DNA from: Antedon mediterranea
Lineage: Eukaryota > Animalia > Echinodermata
Direction: 5' to 3'
NCBI RefSeq assembly: GCF_964355755.1
Contig: NC_092674.1
Coordinates: 12,400,001 to 12,464,000 of the forward strand
Length of the DNA: 64,000 bases
In this document: positions 24,240 through 37,424 of the stretch, piece after piece
Layout: each line of letters starts with the position of its first letter
How positions within the stretch are numbered: position 1 is the first letter of the stretch
Notes under the pieces: generated by a model
Told to the model about the DNA's origin: nothing
Database searches by the model: none
Seen by the model: only the letters and a program-made list of their open reading frames with translations
Program-made: the position numbers and the translations under genes

Positions 24240-25480
24240 TATTATTTTATTTTTTAATTTTATATGGTTTCATCAAAACCAACAGCAACGAAAGTTTCCA
24301 CTGAAATGTATGAAACAGAAAACAGATACAATAATACTCTATATGAAGCAAACAAATTAGTCTATTGAGCACGATTATTTAAAAAAAGAATACACTGAGT
24401 CTTGAATGAAGAATTCAAATTTGACTCACTTAAATAGTTATACAAGGAAGGCAAGCGTATCTGAAACCCCCTTTTCGAGACATTTAATCTATTAAACGGA
24501 ACATAAAAAGTAGACTGGACTCTGGTTTTACGAGGAAGAGCATGTAAACTGAAAAGAGAGCAACAGTCGCAACTAAACATACAATTCACACTCTTATAAA
24601 GAAACATTAAATCAGACACACTTCTTCTAAACTTAAGAGCTTCAAGACAATTAACAACATCAAAACGTTTAAAAAGAAACCTAACAAACTTATTCTGAAC
24701 ACGTTGAAGCCTTGTGGCATGAATATCAGAAATTGAATTAACAATAACAAAGGTTTAACAAGCGTTTTGAAGAAATTAACAAGGGGTTTGGGGTAGCTAA
24801 TTCCCCTACAGTGAGAATAAAAGTTTGGAATCGAAGAATATTCTCAAATCCTTATGGTATTGGACTTTGTCCAAGTTCTGATTATTAATTTGATAAATAA
24901 ACGAAAAGGGTTTTGATTTAAGAGTACTATTCATTGACTTACATTTGAAGTCATTGAGTTTCATACCCCAAGGATTAGACCACTGTATTAGACCATCCAC
25001 ATTTAGGAATTGTTGTAAAATCGTTGATAAAAATGTTAAATAATAAAGTACCCAACAGTGAGCCATGCGGAACACCAGAAAGAATAGGTAACCAATGACA
25101 ATTGACCCTCAACAATAATTCTCTGCTGCCTTTCACTCAAGTAAGATGATAGTAGTTGGTGTAGTTTGCCAATGATACCAAATCTGTTCAACTTGTAGAG
25201 AAGAAACTCAAGTGACACCCCGTCAAAAAGCACGAGAGAAATCTGTATAAACAATATCACATTGATGTTTGTTGTCTATAGAAGAATACGCTGTGCTTAA
25301 TAAAGTAGCGAGATTAGTTTGGCATGATCTCCCCGGAGTAAAGCCGTGTTGAGACTCACTCAAAAAGGGAAAACATGCTAAGATATATGATTATAAATCT
25401 CAGTCTCTCAAATACTTTGGAAATAGTACAAAGGAGTCAAACTGGTCTGTAGTTCTTTACATTACTCTGAGCACCTCCTT
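24240..25480 (-). mobile_element. Degenerate CR1-type LINE 3' fragment
   Basis: Remnants include QHGFTPGRSC, SYLSERQQRIIVEG, MKLN..KCK, LQRVQNKFVRF and RLPSLYN. The tail is near 24240. Confidence 0.75.
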
Positions 25481-28400
25481 TGAATATATGCACGTTTAAA
25501 ACCGCCCAATATGACACCAACGCCAGCATACGGTACACTTAGTACGTAGATGGACCAATTTCATCTTGTAGCTGCTGTTTTCAGTAGTATGCTGTTATTT
25601 ACAATAAAGAGCAACGCCTTCCTGGCGATTATGTTTACGATACATGTATAATTAATGTTTAGCTATAAATTGCGTCATCAGTGTTGTCATTAGATACCCA
25701 GTGCTGACCACTACATCTGAACTATACTAATTGTAAATCAATTGGAATTCATCAGTCGTATACATTATAGTGATTGCGGATTTGAAAAAATAATCAAAAC
25801 TGATTACATTCCGATTTTCATGAAGCTTAAATGTTTCAATATTTACATCTCATTGAGACTGTGACTGTGATTTAAAAGATACAAGATACAATAGTTCAGT
25901 TCAGTCAGCTCAGTACATAAACAATTGTACGAAGACGTAAACTTACTGTGTGAGTTTTCATTTAAATTATACTAGTAAGAGGTTAATTAGTCCTCTATCA
26001 GATAACATTCTGATTAGGCGGATTTCGTTTTGCAGGTTCGCCCTACAATCGCGAAATGTTATTTTAACTAGGGTTAGATAAAACATGTTACTGAGAAAAG
26101 GCCAATTTTCAAGTTAAAATTTAATTCAACAAATTTTCACTATTTCTGTATCCTTTCATATATTTGCTGGGAATAAATAAATTCATATTCATATAAAATA
26201 TTTTCAAAATAGTGGTACACAACAATGACACCAAAAAAGAGGTGAAAACAAACTCTACTTTACGGTCTTGTCACTATAAATATGTGCAAAGCTAAATTAA
26301 AAAAAAATAAATTCTAAACCAGTGTTACACTGTAAAAAGGACTTCGGAAAATACATAGATAAAGCATAAATCAGCAATTTTCACTACCTACTCAAAAAAT
26401 GAATCTGACGAGGGTTAGTTTCACAGGAACAATAGTACTTCCTACTACAAGTGTATTAGTAATTGTCGTGGATACGCTAAACTTTCAACATATACACATG
26501 CAATGATTAATAGCCTACACATTTGTATAAGTTTTCTTTGTTGTTTATGTCAGTTTCATGTTTTTTGTCTTTTTTTGACAATTAGTACAATTAAAACGCA
26601 ATTAATTCAGCAATCGTCATACTCCATTCTGATTAGGCCTACTACCATACGTCCTGTAGTTAATGACTCTTGGTTGTATCGCGGCGCCTTTCCACATATC
26701 ATTTCATCATATCCCATAATATTACTATTGAAACCGAATTTAAAGATTTTTAAAAAGGTTTTTTGTTATAGTCTGAAAATTCCAAGATGCATTATGGAAC
26801 CATCATCGTCAGATCCATGTATTGTAATTGGAAATAATCAAACAATGATGTTGTTTTGATGTCAGTGGTGGGTGTTATAGGTGGCGGCGTTCATTCGAGG
26901 GACGCGTTTGTTGGTAACATTTCATAATAAAATAAATTCCCTAGATATGAACCAAGACAACACCGTTATTTTTTATTACTAACACCTTTTTGGTGAACGA
27001 GTTTTTTACCGTTGCAAAAATAAACATTTTATTATTATTTTAATATAATCAGAAGTGATAAATACAGTAAACAATTATATGAAAATGCATGGTAAATTGT
27101 AGATATAGCAGTCAATGAATTCTTCTACAAACAAAATTATGTGTGTGTTATAATACAATATTGTGTGTAGAAATAAATGTGGCGGGCCGTTTATTTGAGG
27201 GTGGAGGTTGAATATTCCAAAGATTTGTTATGGGGGAGGGGCGTTTATTCTAATAAATGCGGTAGGTCTAATTGGTATAATCAATACCTTAGTTAGTTTA
27301 AATCAAACACTAAACAATACAAATCACCATTGGTCTGTTTTGGAAAAAGAAATACGTTTTAAACGGCTTGCAACATGGGCCAAAGCATCCCGGGTCTCAA
27401 CGACGATACACGCAGATAGCGCGCAACCTGTTCAAACCTAACAGCCACTCGGCTACCATTCAGTTATATAGTGGTTTTACCTAATTTCAAGTAAATCTAT
27501 GATGGCTATAATCAGTTCTCCTGATATAGGACTTACGTAATGTTTACCCAATATCTGATATTTAAAATTGTATATACTGATTTTACAATTTCACCCGCAA
27601 TATACTTCGATGATGTTTTAATGTTATTTGATTTGATCGTTGTTTTTCGGTATAATAATAAGCTCAGACAACATTACCAGACTTTATGTGACAAGAGATG
27701 TGATGTGCCCATATGGACATGATGATGTCATATCACTACCATATTTGGGCAAATCACACTCTTTCTGTCAAACAAATTCTATACATTGAAAAAAGCAAAG
27801 TATGTATGTCGCCGCCAACGGCAAACATTGAACAGAAGCAAAAACTCGACAGGCAAGGGATTTCAGGGATTTAATTACATTACATTACGGAAATCACTTT
27901 TATCCCGCGGACGGTTTAGAACCCTTTATAATATCTTCCTAAGAAATATTGAACAATATCGTTATAGTGAACAGTAGTGTATTATTAAATCTGAGATAAA
28001 TAAAATAGTATCCAAGAGAAATATCTTTACACAAGTGTTTCCATTGTGCTCGCCTATGTCAGAATTATGCATAATTTGTATATAGACACGCTAACATTGA
28101 CCTCATGGAGCACATTTAGCTCGTAGTATCATGCCCTATGAATTCATAAAGGTTAAGATATAATTAAATTAAACAAGATAAGGTATGTCGATGACTACTT
28201 CAATATTCTTTACAGGTAATTTCAAGGATGTCTTAGAATGAACTAGACGATCGCCCACGTGCGTAAAATCTTACAACAGGCATAATGCCGACCCTAAATG
28301 AACATACACAGTAAATTCAATTACCGTGTTTAAAATGTTAATTTCATATAATTCTTAAAATGAAATTTGACATTGCATCTACGAGAAAAACATCAACAGT

Positions 28401-30051
28401 TTGTTATCAACCAACACGTATACCTTTCTTTAGCGCAAAACCGAAAGAACGAGTGATTATTTATACATAGATGGTGACCTCGCTTCGCTCGCTCCCTATC
28501 TAGGAAGTGTAGACGACGGTTCTCGGAATGATAATGACTCGGGTCAAAATGTTTTAGAAGAACGTTCTGGCTTGGTAGTTTTCGGTCGGTTACCATTATT
28601 GAAATACTTGATATTCGTAAAACCTACTCTGTTTCACCGTGCCTTAGATGATTAATAACATAGTATAGTGTTTATTGTTTGATAGGGCCCTTATAGAGTG
28701 GAGGTGGGAAGGCGGAGTTCATTTGAGGTAGGTCCTAATTCGAAGGATACGTTTAATTTTTGGTAATAAAGAATAACAAATTAATGCTTGGTAAATTTTT
28801 GATAACAGTCCGATAAATTGTACTACAAATAGTATAATTGTATTATAAATATAATACAATATTGTGTGTAAATGTGGATGGGCGTTTATTAGATTATTAG
28901 TCTATGTGATGTTTTATTGGGGAGGTGTTAGGAGTTTATTCAAGTAAATACCATCCTAATTGGTATAATTAATACGTTTAATTTAAACATCGTTTGAAAC
29001 TTCTGCGACACATTATGCCGTTTTGGCCTAAAAAAGAAGACGTTTTAGAGAGGGGGACTAACAGGACACAGATAGCGCACAGTTATACAGACGTCCTGTC
29101 AGCTTACACAACAACTCGGCTCTCGGGGTTTCACTCAATTACAGACAAAATGTCTTATCATCAGTTCTCCCTATGTAATGTTATATACTATTCCCTAAAA
29201 TATACTCAGATGCTTTATGAATATGTTTAATGTGATCTTTATTAATTTGCAGTATAATTTTTATTTTGATAACTACTACAACCTTCACACGCGCGGTCAG
29301 AAAATAAGCAAAAACTAAAATGGTTATCGCCACCAACGGCCAACTTAGTTGAAACTTTGTTTTTCCTAAAGACTTTCTCTGAAAGATACGTGAAAGATAG
29401 CCGAACTACTTCCTAAATATAGCTAAACCTAACCCTCTAAACAATCTCTCTGACTACAAAGTAACAATAAACAATAAAGCAAGTTGGTCATGGTATTTGA
29501 ACTCCATACATCGGCATGCAAAGTCTAAAGTCAAATCCATTCGACTACACAGACGGCTTGAAGGAAAGCCTATTAAAGTTCATTCAGAGGGCGAGCGCAG
29601 AGCAGATGAAACATGATGCATATTCATAATAATGCTTCCTAGAATGGGACGCCCTTTCTCGGATTTTCAGAGAAAGTTTTTATTGGGAAAAACATTTTCG
29701 CAACTCGGAACTAACTTTACTGCCGACGCTTAAAAATTTAACGATGAAACCCAACATTTCGTTTTAAACCCTCCATGATATCTTTCTAAGAGAGAAATAT
29801 GGAAAAATATCGTAATAGTGAGAACTAATGTTATCAAAACTACGTTTCGCAGCCTTATGTTAATTATGGAATAGGTAGACACAATGTAAAACGCATATCA
29901 CTAACTCCGTGTCGGTTCTCACTCTAGCTGTTCCATGAGGTAATGTCTTAGAAAGATATTATAGGCCTAAAGGGTTTTAAAACAAGATTTCTGATGTAAT
30001 GTTAATTCTGGATTCGTCATTCCTTTGCGATTTCCGGGTAGGTTGCAACTA

Positions 30052-31104
30052 CACTGTAAAAAATAATTCGGCATGGGTAAAGTCCGACGGTTACACTACC
30101 AATTGCGCGAGAATTGTATTACCCTGGAAGTGCGGAGGAAACCATGCGATATGACGACTGTCGCGTGGAACAAGTCCATATTTTTAATAATTATTTTTAT
30201 TTTGCATATAAGACCTATTTTTGTATCAGAAAATCCTACTGTTTAATATACAGCTGAAGTAGGTGTTATCAGTCACGGACTAAAAGATGAAAAAATAAGG
30301 TAAGCTTAAAAAGTAGGCCCTAGGCCTAGGGCCTAGTTAAGTTTAGTTCACTGCTCTGTATGTATGCGCCCAGTGCACGAGGATACTATGAAGTGTAATC
30401 AGCCTCGCCAAGTAGGCTTGGTCTAGGCCTGATGACATTGCTTAGTCTAAATTTCCGTATGAATACATTGTTTTTTAGTTATTTATTATTATTGCATGTC
30501 TAAATGTAGCCGAAATGAACTAGGTTGCTAGTTGATTACCCTTTATTTAAATTGTATCTTGCAGGTGACGGTTCAAGTAATTAATTGAAGAATGTTTAAA
30601 CAATTGGCCAGCTCATCTTACTGCAGACCACGTTAATTTCTGTGTTTTTTTATGCAAGTAGGCCTAATACATTTTCATTAAAAATAAAAGATTTTGAAAT
30701 AATATTTTTGAATAGAATAGTACGGTAGTACAGGTTAGGCTATATTTAATAAACATTTTTGTTAATTTGAATCAATGTTGTACCTCTGTAAATGTATCCA
30801 TCTGTTTCTATTTTTGAGGAAAACTAACTGAAACCGACATTTTGGTGTAACCAGATTACCCAAAATAGTTAGTTGCTACTTTGCTGCCACCAAAAACTGG
30901 TGTAAAAAAACATTTCATTAAAAGTTGGGTATTGTAACCCGAAATACCCGGGTAAACTTAGTTTTCCCTGCCCAAGGAAACATCCACTTTCCTAATTTTG
31001 GGTAACATTTCCCAAAGGGGGAAATCAGAGTTTACTCCACTAATTGGTGGCAGCCTGGTAGCACCCACTTTTAGGGGAAAACTAAGCATATATTTTTTAC
31101 AGTG
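30052..31104. mobile_element. Non-autonomous CACTA/EnSpm-like element
   Basis: CACTGTAAAAAATA ... TATTTTTTACAGTG TIRs with TA on both flanks (2-bp TSD). Confidence 0.75.
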
Positions 31105-31389
31105 TATAACGTGGCCGCTAGTGGCTGGAGTAACAATAAAATATCTGTACAAAACGCGTGTTTCTCTCTTTAAACGACAACATGAACTAATTATATAAAT
31201 TATAATGCAGAAAGTTATGGTTTGGCTATTTAGTTATTATTATAATTATTGTGAATCAGACTGTTTAAAACTTAGTGCGACAGACAGTTATTACAAAGTG
31301 CGACATCTCGATTACTACAAAGTAGGCCTATGACGATTATTACAAAGTGCGGCAGTACAAATAACGTGGTTTATAGATAGTAATTATAT

Positions 31390-31700
31390 TTTGTTTGTTT
31401 TATCTTTATACTGGGTAACCTCTTCAGTCAAAGACTGATCTCCCAGAGGGCCAAGTTGGTGATCAGTGGCTGTGATGTACTAATACACCGGGGTAACCCC
31501 CTACTCGTCTCGAAATATGTACTAGGTTCTTTAAAGTGCACACAAGCAAGTTGTGTACACTGGACCTACGGTTTATAGTCCTTATCCGAGAAGACTCGTT
31601 CTACCACCAGAACCATGGAGTGAGTGAGCCTCGAACCCCTGCCGATGTTATGGCTACGTGATTAAGGTTCCATTGTCTTAACCGCTCGGCCACTCACTCA
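31390..31700 (-). mobile_element. tRNA-derived SINE with Deu/Nin-like central domain and CR1/L2-type tail
   Basis: A-box TGGCCGAGCGGTTAAG and B-box GGTTCGAGGC. The centre reads CGGATAAGGACTATAAACCGTAGGTCC...AAAGAACC...GAGTAGGGG..CCCCGGTGT, and the 3' end GGCCCTCTGGGAGATCAG...GAGGTTACC. Confidence 0.75.
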
Positions 31701-31974
31701 CGAAGTGCGATGTGCTTTTTTTTCCAAGACAGTACCTATCAGGAAACAACCCTTATTTTAATGGCCTTACTTGAGTTTCGGGATCATATTTTTTTTTAAA
31801 TATTATTAAGTTCTTTAGTGAGATCTGGCTGGAAGGTATCCAGGTCCAGGGAGTTAAATGGCCGCGACTTATAAACTATCTTTTGATTGATCTGACTTCC
31901 CAAAGTCAAGATTAACCTTGATGAAGGAGTAGTGCTCTGAACCATGCGATGGGTACAATCGTGCAGTTCTCTAC

Positions 31975-33015
31975 AATACAGTAATCCTCGCTAGGTTCTA
32001 TTCTGGGTCCTCTTTTCTTTAGCATGTTTATTAATGATTTTTCGTCTGTTCCACATCATTCTAATTTTTGTATTATTTGCTGATGACATTAAACTTTTTC
32101 GGACTATTACAACTGATAATGATATGTTGCTTCTGCAGGCAGATTTGGATGGTCTTCTTCACTAGTGTTACAACTGGGGTATATATGTAATGTCTCCAAA
32201 TGTAAATCTATGTCTGTTACTTTCAAGAAAAAACCCATTTAATTTGATTTCAAGATTAATAATATTGTTCTTGAAAAAATGTCTGTTCATAAGGATTTAG
32301 GCGTTCTTTAAATTTTTGTAAACATGTTTAATATGTTGTAGCTAAGAGTAACAAACTCCTGGGATTCATTTGCAGAAATTGCAGACATATCAATGGTAGT
32401 AAGGCATTGATTCTTATGTATAAATCTTTAATTCGGTCTAATCTTGAGTTTTGCTCTGTTATTTTTAATTCAATTTCTTTTTCTCAGTCTATTATGTTAC
32501 AACGTCTTCAAAATAAGTTTTGTAGGTTTTATTTCCGTAAATTTGGTAAAACTCCCAAGTTAGTTCTACTTAAAGATAGAAGGAATGTATTTTATTTAAT
32601 TTTCTTGTATAAATGTATGAACTCTGTTGTTGATGGTAACTTTATTTCTTATTTTCACCTTTCCGTTCCTGTTTATAGATTAAGAAATCCGGGGTTATTT
32701 TTTGTTCCACCGGGAAGGGTTAAAGTAACTAGGGATGGTTGGATCTGTCGTCTTCCTAGATTATTTAATTATATTGGCTATTGTAATCTGTTTTTTGATA
32801 TTTTTTGTGATACAATTTATTGTTTTTGGTTGTAAGATTACTGTTGCTATTACTTCTATTTAATTACTTTCTTTATGATAATTTGCTATGGTATTGATAT
32901 ACCTGTAATTTTAGCTAATTGTGTTGTTTAATTATCTACATAAATTACATTTATTGATTCAATCCTGTTATAGGCGACTTTGGTCGCTGTTGGATGAAGA
33001 TGAAATAAAAAAAAA
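31975..33015 (+). mobile_element. Degenerate CR1-type LINE 3' fragment
   Basis: Motifs GSILGPLFFSMFIND, FADDIKLF, LLQADLD, YKSLIRSNLEFCS and RLQNKF, followed by a 3' A-rich tail. Confidence 0.8.
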
Positions 33016-33170
33016 TATAAAGTAGGTCTTTTTGATCTATAATAATGACCCGCAATGTTAATTGGTTCATTTAGGTATGTTATTACCGGCACGCCATTTA
33101 AATTAAAAACTCTTTAAAAATCAAACTGAATTATGTAGCACCCCTTATAATTAATGTTTGTAAAACTTAC

Positions 33171-33269
33171 ATTGTCTGGAAGATCCAATTTAGCACCTGC
33201 CTTGAGCAAAATAGTGCAAACATATGTGTGGCCGTGATATGCAGCCAAAAGTAAAGGTGTCGATCCATC
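33171..33269 (-). CDS. Ankyrin-repeat exon (DGSTPLLLAAYHGHTYVCTILLKAGAKLDLPDN)
   Basis: 99 nt, TTTCAG acceptor, GTAAGT donor, phase 0-0. Confidence 0.92.
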
Positions 33270-33829
33270 CTGAAAGATTACAAACATTATGGTATAGTAT
33301 TTTTCACTCTACAACATATTTAATCTTTTACTGAAATCAATTCGGTGTGATCAATTAAAAATAACTTTATGTAAATAAATAATGCCAAATAAGATTTTTC
33401 AGATGATGTATTGTGGCGTATACATCTATTTTGCTTGTATAATATTCTTTTTTTATAGTACTGTACAAAATAAATGTTTCTTAGCTTTGCCTGAAATGTA
33501 AACATTTCCAGTAGTGCTAATGTATCTGAATGTAAATTATGATACAGAGTGGTGTTTGCGTTTAAACAGGCAGTTACGACTGAAAACGTATCCAGGCTCC
33601 AAAAGGTTCAGGTAACACATTTTGACTGCTAACTTCTTACTAGGCCCATTGGTTTCATTTTGCCGTCACGGGGAGGAGATAAATGAATTACCAAATCAAA
33701 TGGATATCTCGATTCATATCCTTTTTTTTGTGTATATATCACTTGTACAAAACAATAACAAAAACACGACACACCTTACCATTCTGTGCTCTAAAGGCAA
33801 ATGGTAAACACTATTACGGAATCTACAAT

Positions 33830-35770
33830 GCTAAAAGTGAGAATACTTTCAATGACAGATTTATAAAACAAAACAGACGTAGACAAAATGTAAGTCTATG
33901 CAAGAAGTAAAAACGTTGAGCATGAGGCTTTTTGATAGTCTTAGTAATAATACTTATTGTTGTGCCATTTAAAATCTCTAGTGATTTATTTACAATGTCA
34001 ATTTCTCAGTGGGTATTTCATATTGTAGGTGATTCACATTTTGTGTTATAATTATTTCGAGTGTTTCACCTGCTGTGATAGAAACAATACTGTAATGAGT
34101 TGAAAATGTAAGCATATTAGTGTATTGGTAAACACATGGTGTACTGCAAACCAAAATAGTGTATTTGTGCACATAATAGGAGGTGACATTTGTAAATGAG
34201 ACCGTTTTATTTGACACGAAAAAGCATGTAAACTCCTAAAAAACGTACGTAATCATATAATGTAGTACATTTTGAATGTTGACATGTTACTTCTAACAGA
34301 GTTCAACTTAGATTTTTCTCGGGTTACTTGGATTTGGTTCTTAAATACGGTGTATTGTTGTATTTATTGTAATGCCATGTGTTTTCTACATTGCGAAATT
34401 ACATAGTTAGGGTACGGACATTTCTCTTAGTATTATAGGGTAACACCGTGGCTTAAACATATATTGTTTATTATAAAACATAGACCTTTGCAAAAACACT
34501 ACTTAGTTTATTAATGAAAAATATATTAATTAAAATATACATTTGAATTAGCTGTACGTGAGTCCAAAACATCTAAATGAATATGTATTTACAAAAAGCT
34601 ACAATTATTGTTTTCGAGAATTGTTGTTTTTTTTAGACCACACAAAGTGGCTGTGTAACTTCACATTAATGATATATTGAAACAATATGTTAATTAGTCA
34701 CCTAATCTTGCCATATACGATGATTTAAAATTCTGAGTTTAATATTATAGTATTACAGTTGAACCTACGTAAGAGGCCGCCCCCCTCCCCCCCTTAACGG
34801 CCGTACTTTCAAAAGCCTGTTTGTTCTTCATCTAATGAGTGGACTTCATGTAAGCAGCCATCTCATGTGAGCGGCCACAGGCAAATTTGTTTACAACACA
34901 TTATATTGTTTGTATGGTAAATTACCTCCCTGTAAGCGGTTACCCAAAACAAAAATCGTATTGACTATTGACAACAAGACCATATACATGGCTGCATTCG
35001 CGCGCACAAATTGTAGTTAGTTTTTACTGACCGACCAACCGACCGACCGACATATTGAGCTGTAGAGTCGCGTTTTGCACGCGACTAAAAATACAATTTT
35101 TATACTAATATTGTGCTTTATATATTAGGTTTATTTCGAAGCGGTTTTAAAAATATTTCTGTGAAGAACATTCCTGTGTTTTTTTTAGATGAGATGAGAA
35201 AACTACACAGATTTTTACCAACCAATTTGTCTGAAAATCATACATAATTCTAAACTATCTGATTATAAATTAAATGGAGAATAAAGAGGCTAGTTGCGTT
35301 CAGAAAGCCGAAAAATATCGTGCTTTTGGCCCTCTATAGGCAGAACCTCCCGTAATCGGCCACTTTTCAATTCCATGAAATAAGGCAATTAATAGTAGTT
35401 GATACCTTAGTGGTTATAACAGCCCAGGGCTAAACTTTAACTCATCAAGCCCAAAGACGTTCATTTTTGTCGCAAATACTGTAGGAGTAAATGTAAGCGT
35501 AAGCAACTGAAGAAAAGATATTTAGGGCTAGCCTAGATGTCACAGGGAAGCGCATTAATTACAATTGTCACGGCTGCTCTCTTTATAAAATAGTGAACCT
35601 GCGAACCCCACCTGCTATGGGCTTGCACTTCACCGTGAGTTATCCTCGTTAACGCACACCCTGTAACTAACATGAAATACACATACTCTATGACCCGAAA
35701 AAATCATAGTGTACTAAATTGTGTCTATTCTGTGTCATACAATATTAAGCGCGAATAACCAATAAGTAAA
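33830..35770. repeat. Intronic block paralogous to 60320-63068
   Basis: Colinear similarity from AAAGTGAGAATACTTTCAATGAC through GCGAATAACCAATA..GTAAAG. Confidence 0.85.
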
Positions 35771-36578
35771 GGTTAATATTATATTGTATTCCGTTTAATC
35801 AGCAAGGCCTACATTTCATTTTCCATGTGTTAATTTTCACTATGATCACACGATTACGAAATCAGCAACAGTTGACCACATACGAATGACAATCGGTTCT
35901 TTTTAGTGGGCTGAATTATTAACATTAATTGACTTAAACGGCCACCAACTGTTATTATTCAGTTTAATAAAACCAAGTCTCACTTGTACAGAGAATATGT
36001 CTTGAAAACTTTTACAGATACAATATCATTTCACTATAAATCTTTGATATCATGTGTATATAAACAACACTTGATGTGTTTACAATTGCCATGTCACGGG
36101 AATACGGTTGAGTTTCATAGGAAACAAAGTTGTAGAGATTATAAGTTTCTGAAATATACTGTAGTGCTGCTGTGTTATCGGAGAAAGTATTTTATAATCT
36201 AATCACAGTATGTATTCAATTATCTCAACACAAATACCAATTGAAATGCCATAGTTTCTGTGATTAGTTCTTTAGTTCTTTTAAATATGTCTACTATAAT
36301 CTTTCCATCTCTTCTGAAACTTGTTTTCAATACAATCAATTGCCTGTTGTAGATACAAACAAGGAAAACGTTTATTCATCATTACTAACAAGTAAGTTAT
36401 CAGGGATAGTTATTTTTTCAGGTTGATGTACTTACATTTCCATCACATAACCCTTACCTTTTATCACGTAACGTATTAAGAGTACACGCCTGTTCATGTG
36501 CGCCATATTATTGCTCATATATTCTTTACCAAAATAATTGTGCAAGCACTGTTAACGTAGTTTACCTAGTTTACCAAT

Positions 36579-37424
36579 AGAGAGAAATGGCGAACCGCGA
36601 TGACGTCACTCAAATTTCACCGAGTGGGTATATATTGTAAACAAACCATTTCGCCACATGTTTTTGTATGGGAAATTCCGATGGGTTGAGTTAAAAAGGA
36701 AGGTAGAAAAGAACGTTTAAAACACACATAATAGCAGTATCTTTTTTTTTTGCAACACCCTTAACAATTTTAATGTTATATGGGCAAATCTTAACATATT
36801 TTATTTTAATTTGGATTGAATTAAGATGCGTTTTTGTTATATACTGTACCCAGCTCTAGGCCCTAGATAGTTGGCCTGTATGCTGTAGTACCTCGGATTA
36901 TCGGTTATTATAATAATAATAATATTGGAAATTCGTTATTGCATACTGTACTACTACTACTACTACTACTACTTTAGCTAGGGTGCTGCTGGCCTCTCCT
37001 AGCTAGGTAGTAAGACTAAATAGAGCATCTCTAGTAGATGTAGGCCTAGCATTAGTTTCAGCTTGACAACTGCCATTTTGTTATGTGGCTAGTGATGCTT
37101 CATGCAGGGAGGGGGGGGGGGGGGCTACCGCCAGTAGATAACACCATTCTATATAATACTATATAGGCATAGTCTAATGTAGACCTACAGATATGAGATA
37201 TTTTTAGGAATATGATTGTGAATGATGGATGACTTTTATACATATTTCATTGTTTTATTGTGTAAGTACACAAATACAACAAGAATTATGAGCGTTACAG
37301 CAACAACATTGGTTAGACGAAACCATGATTCACGTGTATAAACATAGGAAATGTGTCGCCCTCAACGGTTTGTTATGATTTTATACCCACTCGGATTTTA
37401 GACGTCGGTTCGCCATTTCTCTCT
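36579..37424. mobile_element. ISL2EU/PHIS-like MITE (second copy at 42295-43131)
   Basis: AT|AGAGAGAAATGGCGAACCG ... CGGTTCGCCATTTCTCTCT|AT. It is absent from the paralogous site at about 47973. Confidence 0.7.

Noticed and set aside
31620-31700. tRNA gene
   Set aside because: The A and B boxes belong to a SINE head, and no complete cloverleaf is evident.
36431-36530. Two GTAAG donor-like sites with a short upstream ORF (MSNNMAHMNRRVLL...), repeated near 42150 and 47815
   Set aside because: There is no clear acceptor or recognisable domain. The nearer donor is phase 1 and incompatible with the phase-0 ankyrin exons. An alternative first exon cannot be excluded without RNA data.
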